From Macrostomum lignano (taxonomy: Eukaryota): a stretch of DNA of 64,000 nt. The translations under genes and the position numbers were made by a program. Every line of letters starts with the position of its first letter. Within the stretch, counting starts at the first letter, position 1. The stretch covers positions 62,001-126,000 of the forward strand of contig NIVC01000103.1 in the NCBI GenBank assembly GCA_002269645.1, read 5' to 3'. This document shows positions 22,391 to 33,720 of the stretch, piece after piece. The notes beneath the pieces are model-generated. The model was not told the DNA's origin, did not search any database, and saw only the letters and a list, made by a program, of their open reading frames with translations.

Positions 22391-22801
22391 TCGAACTACA
22401 TGCACTATGTATTAAAACTAGATTGCGATGCGAGTTTAATTGAAATCTAACTGAGCAAATGTAAAATTTCTCGCTTCCAGAGCCAGACGAGTCGCGACAT
22501 CGGCAGCACACTGGGGAACTGTTCAATTGAGCCATTCAGTAGAATGCTAAGAGGCCATCTGCAAAGTCTGGAGTTCTGCAAAGCTACTGCGATGTTCGAT
22601 CAGATACATTCTATAATACCTTTTGGCATATGGTTCTAAACTCTAACACAAAAATATATTTTTTTGATAATTATATTCCCCTTTATTAACAGCTTCTAAC
22701 ATTTATATGTATTTCAATTAAATATTTAAATTTATCTGTTTTAATTGCTTCTAAAGTTCTTTTTTTGAGCTGCTTTTGGGCTTAGCGAGGCCGCCGACAT
22801 T

Positions 22802-23683
22802 GTGCGCAAGATGGGCTTCTGCGACACCAAAGTGCTGCTTTGCGTTGTGCTGCGAAGCTACACCCTAACAATGTCGGCCAATATTTCGCCCGACGAAGCA
22901 AACGCGGAACTGCACCGAGCGCTGGACTTTGTCTCAAAAACATTGAGCAGCCGGCTGTCGCCTCTGACTGGCCAATGGCTCGGCTTTGATTCCAACTGGG
23001 AGGCTCTGACGGCGGCCGTCTACCTCGCCTCCAGCGCTGCCAGCCCCGCCTTCGTCAGTCGGGAGGCTCGCCGTCGGTCCTTCGAGCGGGACGACGTCTG
23101 GAGACGCCGAGGCGGCCGACAGTCGCCGGAGGACATGGTCGAGAGCGGCTTCTTCTACCTTGGAGAGGCCGACCACGTCAAGTGCTTCTTCTGCGACCTC
23201 GACCTCAGAGACTGGGACTCTGGAGACGTGCCGGAGGCGGAGCACGCCAAGTTCAGCCCGCTGTGCTTCTTCTTGAAGAGCTCGCGCGGTCTCGACTGGC
23301 TGCGGAGATCGAGTCCGCGACCTCCGAACTATCCGACATCGTGCAGCCGGCAGGACCACAACCGGCTGCTGCGGATTCTGGCAGACGAGCTGCAAAGCGA
23401 GGCCGCGGACATTGTGCGCAGGGTCGGCTTCAGCGACACCAAAGTGCTGCTTTGCGTGGCCAGGAAGTTCATCCAGTTCAGGCAGAAGTTCAGCAGGCAG
23501 GAGCTGCTGCTGGAGAAGCAGAAGGAGTGGGACAGGGAGATGTCAGGCGAGCCTGAGCACTTCGTTGGCCGATTTAATCTGGCCGGGGTGCTGCGCTCGC
23601 ATCTCAGCGCTCCGGAGTGCAACGCAGCAGCGAGTTTGCCGATGCCGCAGCTCTTCATCAGTGAGCAGCTGCAGCCTCTGTGA
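22802..23683 (+). CDS. IAP-like protein copy 1: single BIR plus UBA-like segment, no intact RING (start uncertain: ATG 22811 or 22871, or spliced)
   Basis: BIR signature CFFC-X16-H-X6-C, with RRRSF..W and ESGFFYLG..DHVKC. Confidence 0.85.
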   Translation: MRKMGFCDTKVLLCVVLRSYTLTMSANISPDEANAELHRALDFVSKTLSSRLSPLTGQWLGFDSNWEALTAAVYLASSAASPAFVSREARRRSFERDDVWRRRGGRQSPEDMVESGFFYLGEADHVKCFFCDLDLRDWDSGDVPEAEHAKFSPLCFFLKSSRGLDWLRRSSPRPPNYPTSCSRQDHNRLLRILADELQSEAADIVRRVGFSDTKVLLCVARKFIQFRQKFSRQELLLEKQKEWDREMSGEPEHFVGRFNLAGVLRSHLSAPECNAAASLPMPQLFISEQLQPL

Positions 23684-23959
23684 TGCCTCTCTGTCTCCGT
23701 GGATTTGTTCATTTTTATTGGATGGATTGATAAAATAGAGAGACTTTCTGATACATAAGATTATTTACACGTTGACTCTTCAAAAAAAAGTTTGCTAACA
23801 ACAACTAATTTGGTAATTTTTGTTACTGTTTTTGTTACACTGTGTTCTACTGTTGGTTTCAAGCCACTTTCCAGCAAGCGTACTAACGAGGGTCTGTTTG
23901 AAATCCAACTATTTTTTGTTAACATCCGTTGTGATTTTCTGTTAAATGTGTTATTAACA

Positions 23960-25654
23960 ACAACAACAACAACAAAGTACGCAGCCCGGCAAGCAAGGTC
24001 ACAGTTGGAGCAGGGTGCGTCAGATGGCGCGTCGCAGGGCCGTTGGCAGTGTCGAGCGCCCCGGCGTCGCGTAGGAGGCTCGGGCCTGACCCGGCCTGAA
24101 CGGGCCCTGCAAGGTGAGCAGCAGGACGTCCTGAACAGGTTGGGGGCAGTAGCCCTCGGCCCGGATCACGTGGCCCACCAGTTGAAGTCGCCGCCGGCGC
24201 CAGATGGTGGACGGGCGCTGCAGCTTGGTCCGATCGTACAGGGCCTCGGTCCCGACGCTCTCGTCAACTCGAAAGGCCGCACGGAGCAGCCCTGTGTGCG
24301 CCGAGTCCAGCTGCCGCTCTAGGGTAGCCGTCAGCGTCCAACGTCTCGGCGTTGTACAGCAGGACGGTTTCGACCACCGCCTGCCACAGTCAGTACCTCG
24401 GTCTTCAGCGTGTTGACAACCAGATCGACTCTTGATGCCACCTCGACCAGCCTGTCGATCTGGCGCTGGGCGCCTTCAAACGACGAGGACAGGAGGGCGA
24501 AGTCGTCGGAGTAGCTTTTCGCAGTGGTGGTGACCGATGCGTCTGCGCAGCAGGAAGCCGTCATCAGCCGAGGGGAGTGCAGTCCGAAGCACCCAGTCCA
24601 GCAGCAGCACGAAGAGGAACGGCGCCAGCGTGTCGCCCTGCAGAACTCCTGACGAAGTGTCGAACAGGTCAGACAGCCGCCGTCACCACAGCAGCTCGAG
24701 TGTCGCAATACAGCGCCATGACAGCGTCGATTAGCTGCTGTGGTACCCGGTAGGCTCGAAGGACAAAGGGAAGCGCGGCTCTCAACACCGAGTCAAACGC
24801 CTTCCGAAAGTCAACGAAGACAATGATCAGCGTAGACTGGCGGATGCGCGCCTCCTCGATGACACGGCGGAGTACGAGGCTCTGGGTCACTGTACCGCGT
24901 TGCGGCCGGAATCCGTTCTGCTCGTACCGCAGGTCCAGCACCGACTGCAGACGGTTGAGCAGCAGCCGGTAAAAGAGCTTCGCGGCGCAGGACATCAGCG
25001 TGGTCTTCTTTCCGCTTCGTCCCTGCCTTCTTCGGGATCGGCACGATGTGCACGACGGTCCACTCGGTGGGCGCGGGGGCGCTGGCGAGCACGCGGTTTA
25101 TGACGCCTGTGACCTGGGAGGCCACACAGCGGAGCCGAAGCGCTTCGACCGGGACTTCGTCGGGGCCGAGCGCCTTGCCGCCTGATGTTTTCCGAGCGAA
25201 CAGCACATCGTCCTCCGTGATGACTGGTCTGGTGCAGAAGTCCTCCTCAGCTGGGAGCGGCGTGTCCAGTGGGAGCGCAAAGCGGCGACGCGGGCGCGTT
25301 CACGATGCCGGCGAAGAAGTCGCGCAATTCATTCCTGCGCTCCTCCAGGGTGTCGCCGGCCAGGTTCAGCGCCACGCACTTTTTGCGCCCCGTCAGAGTC
25401 CGGACGGCCGTCCACACTGCGCGGCTCTTCACGTCGGGGCCGGCTGCAGTGATGGACCGGACGGCGTCGTCAACAGCCGCCTGCTGCCGCTCATCTGGAA
25501 CGCGTCTTCAGCGTCGCCCGTGGGCCGCCGGTTTCTGCGGAGTCGCTCGATGTTGAGCAGCGCCTGTCTGATGGTCGGGTCGCTCTGCCAGACAGTCAGA
25601 GATTTCTGCGCTAGCCGCATCAGCGGGACCGTCTGCTCCGCAGCGGCTCTAACC
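23960..25654 (-). mobile_element. 5'-truncated, degenerate non-LTR retrotransposon (RTE-like LINE)
   Basis: RT motifs KALGPDEVP, HIVPIPKK, QNGFRPQRGT, FVDFRKAFDSV, QGDTLAP, YSDDFAL across broken frames. (TTG)n 3' tail. Candidate TSD TTATTAACA at 23951-23959 and 25655-25663. Confidence 0.9.
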
Positions 25655-26784
25655 TTATTAACAGACTAGAGCTCTCTCGCAAAATCATGTGCAGATTTAA
25701 AAATGCACATTAGCCTCATTGTCCTTGTTAGCGCTTTGTAGTTTTGTTATTTTGTCTAGATATGTTTTATGTTTAAAACCGAAATCGATCTTGAATTGTT
25801 TGCTGTTACATAAAAGCTATTTAATTGTACTTTCAGCATTAGCAAACATTGATGTAAATTTGAAAATCATATTTGAAAATTTGAAATTTTAAAACTGTTC
25901 CCTACTTAACTCCCAAATTCCTAGCGCCGAAATCCACGCAATTAGTTACGCAATGAGTGCGTGTTAATATTCTACTGCCTAAATTTCTCCGAATATTTTT
26001 GTCTGAACAGAGCCGTATTAAATGATCCCATGAGAGCAGGATGTATACTTTATCAGCGATGGGGCGGGCAAGCCGCAGGCAGAAGCAGGTGTTCCATGCT
26101 TCAGAGTCTGGAGCAAAAAGATGCTAAACTATTACAATTTTAACTTTGTTTGACTCCAAAATTTCTCCATCCTGATCACGACATTCGACCATTTGGTAAT
26201 GTTTATATGCTGTCTCTAAATTTCTAAAACTTAACAGCACTTAAATATTTAATATATTAAATATATATGTTTATCTACTTAAAACAAAATCGCTCGTAAT
26301 TTATATTTTTGGCACAAATTCTATCTGTATCTCCGATATTATGCTATTAGAATTCGAGGAATTCGTTTCAGGACTTCGACCAATGCGAAGATTCGACCAT
26401 CTAACTTTCGTCTATGGTCAAAACACCGTCTATGGTCTGTGGCACAGAGCAGTTAAATTTAGACAAGCCGTGCCAGCCGTACAAATGGAGCTGGAGAGGC
26501 CACCAGATGAAATCAATCAACAGATTATCACCGTTGCCAAGAGTGCAGCAGTTGGTTTGCTCACTTTAATCACATTTGTTCGCTTTCTTCGTAGCTTCGC
26601 ATTTTCTATGCGGGTAGTCAAAACAGGAGACTCCATACCATATGCTATCCATACAATCCGGCACGAGAGGCGTTAAGAAAAACGTCGCCATAGACTACGC
26701 CCAGATAAGCCATAGACTATAAACAGAGAATTAAAAAAAGATCTGCAGACTATTAATATTAATACAAGAAAGACCCGACACCCT

Positions 26785-27345
26785 TAGGCACTCATTTTGG
26801 CACCGCAGGCACTCATTTTGGCACCGCAGGCACTCATTCTGGCACCGCAGGCACTCATTTTGGCACCGCAGGCACTCATTTTGGCACCGCAGGCACTCAT
26901 TTTGGCACCGCAGGCACTCATTTTGGCACCGCAGGCACTCATTTTGGCGCCGCAGGCACTCATTTTGGCGCCGCAGGCACTCATTTTGGCGCCGCAGGCA
27001 CTCATTATAGCACCGCAGGCAATTATTTTGGCGCCGCAGGCACTCATTTTGGCGCCGCAGGCACTCATTATAGCACCGCAGGCACTCATTTTGGCGCCGC
27101 AGGCACTCATTTTAGCACCGCAGGCACTCATTTTGGCGCCGCAGGCACTCATTATAGCACCGCAGGCACTCATTTTGGCGCCACAGGCACTCATTTTAGC
27201 ACCGCAGGCACTCATTTTAGCGCCGCAGGCACTCATTTTAGCACCGCAGGCACTCGTTTTAGCGCCGCAGGCACTCATTTTGGCGCCGCAGGCACTCATG
27301 TTGGCGCCGCAGGCACTCATTTTAGCGCCGCAGGCACTCATTTTG
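26785..27345. repeat. Minisatellite, 21-bp unit (GGCACTCATTTTGGCACCGCA)
   Basis: Tandem array read directly from the sequence. Confidence 0.93.
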
Positions 27346-28159
27346 GTACAGAAGGCGCTACATTTTGGCACCATGAAGCAAAATTATTGATTACCATAAC
27401 GAGCCACAATTGGTGCGACTGGGGGACAAAGCTTTGGCATTTCTCCCCATGGCATTTATTGAGGGGGGCATGCCCCCCCTGCCACACTGATCTGAACTTA
27501 AACTTTATGTACACAGTTGTGGCCCTGCCAGTTTCACGAGAAGACCGTTTCCGAAATTGCAGGTTTTCTATGGAATACAATTTCAAGGATTTCCTATCAG
27601 TTAAAGGTGAATAATTGATCGAATGGCAGATTGATTTATAGCTAAACTGTAGTGACTAATCAAAGCACGCAAATGAACTTTGTGTTAGATGGTAGATGCA
27701 TGTATTTTTGCTTCAAATTAAAGTTAAACCACTGATTCTTTAAAATCCTTTTGTGCTTAATGCAATCTAGCTCACAATAAATTGATTCATCAATAAGAAA
27801 TTTTATGATAAAAACTGTCAGTTAGCAGGCAGTATGGATTATCGTAATTTTATAAATATCAAAAATCTGATTCCTAGTATCGATTTTCCTTTAGATTGTA
27901 CTTTTTGTAAAAAAAATGCTACGGAAAATAGCAGAGCAACAAAGAGAACAACATGTAATAATATTGTTGAAAATTTAGTTACATATCGCTGCAATAACAA
28001 TACTAGCAAAGATTTTTATATATCAAGCTGTTAAAAATAGCTTCACGGGGTTTGCGAACAGGGACGAGAGTGCACAACATTCTGTCAGAGAGAGAGAGAG
28101 AGACAGATACGAGTACAAGCTGTACATACAAAAAAGGGAACTTCAGTCCCTTTACATCA

Positions 28160-29113
28160 CTAACAAATATAAGCTCTCAGTTTGTCGGTAATTCTCAACT
28201 GACAGCGGTTCCTTGGGCAGTGTTGAAGCAGCTCAGCGCACTGCCGGCAGGAGTAGAAGTGCCGGCATGGCTGGAAGACAATCTCCAGCGGTCGGCTCCG
28301 GCAAAGTCGGCAAAGTGCGCTGCTCAGGTCCTGCTGATCTGCATTGTCAGGAGTGCTGGCTTGGCTGCAGACAGAGTTCAATGCGGTGTCGAGATCGAAT
28401 TCTGAGCTGAAAATTGGCCGCTCTCTGTTCTGATCGCAGTACAGCTCGTGGATCAGATCCTCTGGTTCAAGCAACCTTCTTTGACGGATAAACTTCCTGG
28501 CCACGCACAGCAGCACTTTGGTGGGACAGTAGCCCAGCTTCCTGAAGTCCGAGAATCTTCTTGTCTGTACAGCCAATCTCTGCAGCAGCTGGTTGTGGTC
28601 CTGCCGGCTGTACGATGTCGGATAGTTCGGAGGTCGCGGACTCGATCTCCGCAGCCAGTCGAGACCGCGCGAGCTCTTCAAGAAGAAGCACAACGGGCTG
28701 AACTTGGCGTGCTCCGCCTCCGGCACGTCTCCAGCGTCCCAGTCTCTGAGGCCGAGGTCGCAGAAGAAGCACTTGACGTGGTCGGCCTCTCCAAGGTAGA
28801 AGAAGCCGCTCTCGACCATGTCCTCCGGCGACTGTCGGCCGCCTCGGCGTCTCCAGACGTCGTCCAGCTCGAAGGACCGACGGCGAGCCTCCCGACTGAC
28901 GAAGGCGGGGCTGGCAGCGCTGGAGGCGAGGTAGACAACCGCCGTCAGAGCCTCGCATTGGTCCAGGATCGACCGAGACCGAGCCAGGGGGGACAGGCGG
29001 TCTCCCAGAGTTCTCGACACGTGGTACAGCGCCTGACTCGTTTGGTTTTCAGATCGAGTCTCCTGCGTGTTGATCTCGCTTCCCTGTTCAGTGGGCAGCT
29101 TTTCAGGAATCAT
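28160..29113 (-). CDS. IAP-like protein copy 2: BIR, UBA-like segment, C-terminal RING (317 aa, no intron in CDS)
   Basis: BIR CFFC-X16-H-X6-C. IAP-type RING at the extreme C-terminus: CRLC...VFQPCRHFYSCRQC..LQHCPRNRC. Confidence 0.9.
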   Translation of the reverse strand: MIPEKLPTEQGSEINTQETRSENQTSQALYHVSRTLGDRLSPLARSRSILDQCEALTAVVYLASSAASPAFVSREARRRSFELDDVWRRRGGRQSPEDMVESGFFYLGEADHVKCFFCDLGLRDWDAGDVPEAEHAKFSPLCFFLKSSRGLDWLRRSSPRPPNYPTSYSRQDHNQLLQRLAVQTRRFSDFRKLGYCPTKVLLCVARKFIRQRRLLEPEDLIHELYCDQNRERPIFSSEFDLDTALNSVCSQASTPDNADQQDLSSALCRLCRSRPLEIVFQPCRHFYSCRQCAELLQHCPRNRCQLRITDKLRAYIC

Positions 29114-29699
29114 TTTGCCACTTCTGGGTTGCTTTGTGTTCTCAAATTACTCGTACAGATTGCTTTTACAACTTATTGCGGCCTTACCAAAGTGTTTCAC
29201 CGGCTAGACCTCAGCCTTACCGCGGCAATCCCGTAGGTTTCCCTTTTGACCTTATCAGGAACTTCCCTTAGTTTATAACACGTATGTTCGCATTTCTACT
29301 AACAGTAGCTGAACGGGACATAACTCACTATCCGGCTAGAAAAATAAACTTCACTACTGAAACAAGTGTGTACTAAACTAGATGTACTTTGAAACGGAAT
29401 TCCTGACAGGCCGTACAATAATGTACATTGAAAAGTAGTGTCTGTTGGATGACACTGTAAATCTTTCTTATAGAGTTTTGTTTATTTTTACTTATGTACA
29501 TTTATTTTATCACACGAAATTACCATAACATTTTCTGTAGGCAAAAAAAGTATCCAATACATGTAAATAAAAAAGGGTCACCTGAGTAAGTCATTTTGTT
29601 CATTTATTACTTTTTAATTCTTGTATGTAGGGTATACTTGTTAGTAAAAATGACTTCTGACTTCTGTGCTGGAGTTTTCACTTAACTCTTCTCTTCCAA

Positions 29700-30690
29700 T
29701 CTTCCCATGTTCCCCTCCTCCCATCACCTTCTAATCTTCCCATCCTCCCCTCCTCTCATTTTCCCATCCGATCCCATCTTCCCCCTCCCATCTTCCCATC
29801 CTCCCATCTTCCCATCCTTTCATCTTCCCATCCTCCCATCCTCCCCTCATCTCATTTTCCCATCCTGCCATCTTCCCATCCTCCCATCCTCCCATTTTCC
29901 CATGCATCCTCCCGTCTTACCATCCTCCCATCTTCCCATCCTCCCATTTTCCCATCCTCCCATTTTCCCATCCTCCCATCTTCCCATCCTCCCATCTTCC
30001 CATCCTCCCATTTTCCCATCCTCCCATTTTCCCATCCTCCCATTTTCCCATCCTCCCATTTTCCCATCCTCCCATTTTCCCATCCTCCCATTTTCCCATC
30101 CTCCCATCTTCCCCTCCTCCCATCTTCCCATCCTCCCATTTTCCCATCCTCCCATTTTCCCATCCTCCCATTTTCCCATCCTCCCATTTTCCCATCCTCC
30201 CATTTTCCCATCCTCCCATTTTCCCATCCTCCCATTTTCCCATCCTCCCATTTTCCCATCTTCCCATTTTCCCATCCTCCCATCTTCCCCTCCTCCCATT
30301 TTCCCATCCTCCCATTTTCCCATCCTCCCATTTTCCCATCCTCCCATTTTCCCATCCTCCCATTTTCCCATCCTCCCATTTTCCCATCCTCCCATTTTCC
30401 CATCCTCCCATTTTCCCCTCCTCCCATCTTCCATCCTCCCATCTTCCCCTCCTCCTATCTTTCCCTCCTCCCATCTTAGCCTCACCCCATCTTCCCCTCC
30501 TCCTGTCTTCCCCTCCTCCACCTTTCTCATTCTCCCATCTTCCCCTCCTCCATCTTCTCATCCTCCCATCCTCCCATTTTCCCATCCTCCCATTTTCCCA
30601 TCTTCCCATCCTCCCATCTTCCCATTTTCCCATCCTCCCATTTTCCAATCTTCCAATCTTCCCATCTTCCCCTCCTCCCAACCTTCCCGT
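29700..30690. repeat. Minisatellite, 16-bp unit (CCCATCCTCCCATTTT)
   Basis: Tandem array read directly from the sequence; G-rich on the minus strand. Confidence 0.9.
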
Positions 30691-32986
30691 GATGCTGCTC
30701 AGTCTGTTGATCAGATTAGCAGATTAACGGTGGATTAACAGTGGATTATCAGCGGATTAACAGTGGATTAACAGTGGTTAACAACTGTTGCAAATACACG
30801 CGATTCCAGTTGGTCAGCTCCAATTAAATACATGTATTTTGTTCAAGATCGAGAAGCCTCTTTGATTTTCATACTGTGTACTAGACTTAGATCGTTCGTT
30901 GCGTCTAAGTAATGCGTGCTTTTGACAGAGCGCTAACGTCAGTTACTATTTACATGACATCCGTTATGTACTATTAATACGCGCTTTTTCATTAGAAAGT
31001 ACCTTATTTTTCAAACAGAATAAATAGGCTGCAACTTGCACAAATTTCAAACGATACCCTATACCAAATTAGCAAATATTTTTGATCGAATATGGAAATG
31101 CAGATCCATGGAGTCTGATCGCTGCACGCCTGTTAATTTTCATGGGTAAGTTGCGCTTTTCAAGCCCGCAGTTTATTGTATAGACCCATTAGTTTCACAT
31201 TGACATTGCTACTAAAGTAATTGGTAATAATTTTGACTTTCGATATTACATTTTATTAATTGCTATTGAGTAGAATCTTAAATGATTAACCATTCGATCA
31301 CGCGGTCGCATCTCGTCTTATAAATTTATAATATGAGGGGTGTTGCTGTGCGCTAATGAGCAGATTTTTTGCCAAAACTCCTTTGCGTAAAACTGCAAAA
31401 CGATTCTACATGCTGAGAACATCTTATGACGATTTTAAACATGTTTAAACATGATTTGCTTCTTCTGTTTGATTGAGTGACTAAAAAATCAGCAACTGAA
31501 AATGTATAATGATATATTACATTTTACATTATTTTTTAATACAAAAAATGTATTAAAATGTAATGTATAATAATAAATGCACTACATTCCGGCGACTTGC
31601 ACTTACACATTCGCTCACCCACACTGCAAAAAGGGCGCGTCTTGTCTAAATTTAGAAGATCACAAAATAGGAGTAGAGTCATAAGGTACAATTGCAGTCT
31701 TTCGTCCTGGGCTATTTTTAGTCAAAGTACGCATATGCACAGATACGAGTACGGACAAAATTACGTCTGTGCTAACAAAAGGGATTGATCAAAGGATTTA
31801 TATCATTTGCGAATATTTTTTGTAGGCTTACACTGACTCGCCACTAAATTGCGTCACAATAGTTTACGTCAGTATATAAAAATATTTTAAACTGTATTTA
31901 ACTTCGCAAAAAAACGAAAAAAAAAATTTGCTCGTACCGTAGCGCTAAGAACAGATCGTTATAGCTATAGCCATTTTTGGCCATAGACAATTTCTTAGAT
32001 TTCATTCTTCTTTTTTTCTTTCTCTCGAGTGTGAAAATGTGGGGCTCTGCACCCACACCCCCACACCCTCGCTCGATCTTCTGACTTTGCCATAGACATT
32101 TTCAGCGGGCCGTGAAATCGACTGAATGCATCGGAGTAAATGAGATTTTACCATAGACAGCATTTTCCCTTCCCCAGATCGTCAGATTGATAATGGCAAT
32201 CAGTTTTTGCAAACAGGGAAAACAAGATATAATGGTATTTGAAAGGCTTTGTAGAGGATTTAGAGACGATTTGGAAGATAGGATTCAAGTCATGGAATTT
32301 CAGCTGATGGATTTCAGAGAATGAACTTCCGGTGATGGGAGTTCTTCCCCTTTCTCCTCAAGAGGAATTCCACTCAATACTCGTTAACCTGGGCTTATGT
32401 TAGAACATTTCACTACATTTAATGCTCACTTGAGTTGTTGATACTACGATTGCACGGGATGATGCGATAGTTGAGCCAATATTGGTATATTGTAAAAAAA
32501 ATTTTTTAACGCAGCTGAGACACAGAAGAGATAGTTATGTAGTGTCCTGGGGCGGTCGAGAAGCCTTTCTCTCTTTCTCTTCGTCGAAAGCTTCTTGAAT
32601 CTTGAAGAGGTTGATTAATGCTACTACGGAGTGAGTGCTAATAGCCTATTCAATGTTTACTTCTTGAATAGAAGCTCGGTGGGTCAACACTGGCCCTTTT
32701 TACTATAGGATTCAGAAAACAAGGAAATGTTTAAGGAATTAATGGTCCTCTTGGCATGCTAGCAGTTCATTAACACCTTACTAAATCACTAATATGACAT
32801 TCATTATTTCATTATGAGCTGTAGCCGCGAAAACGGCGTGAGCAAGGGGACCGCGGGAGCCAGGGGGCCGAGGCTTAAAACTTATTTTTTACATGTAAAT
32901 TGACTTATGCTGAAATTTTCTTCACATACATAAATGCATAAACTCGTAAGTATACGCTCGTACATAAAATAAATATTTTCGTCCAG

Positions 32987-33720
32987 ATGCGAAGGTAGAG
33001 GAAGATGCCAAGAATACAAGTCAGGCGCTGTACCACGTGTCGAGAATTCTGGGAGACCGCCTGTCCCCCATGGCTCGCTCTCGGTTGGTCCTCGACCAAT
33101 GCGAGGCTCTGACGGCGGCCGTCTACCTCGCCTCCAGCGCTGCCAGCCCCGCCTTCGTCAGTCGAGAGGCTCGCCGTCGGTCCTTCGAGCAGGACGACGC
33201 CTGGAGACGCCGAGGCGGCCGACAGTCGCCGGAGGACATGGTCGAGAGCGGCTTCTTCTACCTTGGAGAGGCCGACCACGTCAAGTGCTTCTTCTGCGAC
33301 CTCGGCCTCAGAGACTGGGACTCTGGAGACGTGCCGGAGGCGGAGCACGCCAAGTTCAGCCCGCTGTGCTTCTTCTTGAAGAGCTCGCGCGGTCTCGACT
33401 GGTTGCGGAGATCGAGTCCGCGACCTCCGAACTATCCGACATCGTACAGCCGGCAGGACCACAACCAGCTGCTGCAGATTCTGGCAGACGAGTTGCGAAG
33501 CGAGGCCGCGGACATTGTGCGCAGGGTCGGCTTCAGCGACACCAAAGTGCTGCTTTGCGTGGCCCGGAAGTTCATCCGGTTCAGGCAGAAGTTCAGCAGG
33601 CAGGAGCTGCTGCTGGAGATGCAGAGGGAGTGGGACAGGGAGATGTCAGGCGAGCCTGAGCACTTCGTTGGCCTGTTTGACTTGGCGTCTGGTTTGGTTG
33701 GCTTGCAAACTGTTTCCTAA
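32987..33720 (+). CDS. IAP-like protein copy 3: BIR plus UBA-like segment, no RING; probably spliced at the 5' end
   Basis: Acceptor ttttcgtccag| at 32986, with the frame open into ORF 33037..33720. Same BIR signature as the other copies. Confidence 0.82.

Noticed and set aside
26784-27390. (MSACGAK)n and (APQALIL)n ORFs
   Set aside because: These are translations of the 21-bp minisatellite.
29707-30738. GW/WG-rich ORFs suggestive of Argonaute-binding proteins
   Set aside because: Several frames are open only because of the 16-bp repeat, and there is no unique coding context.
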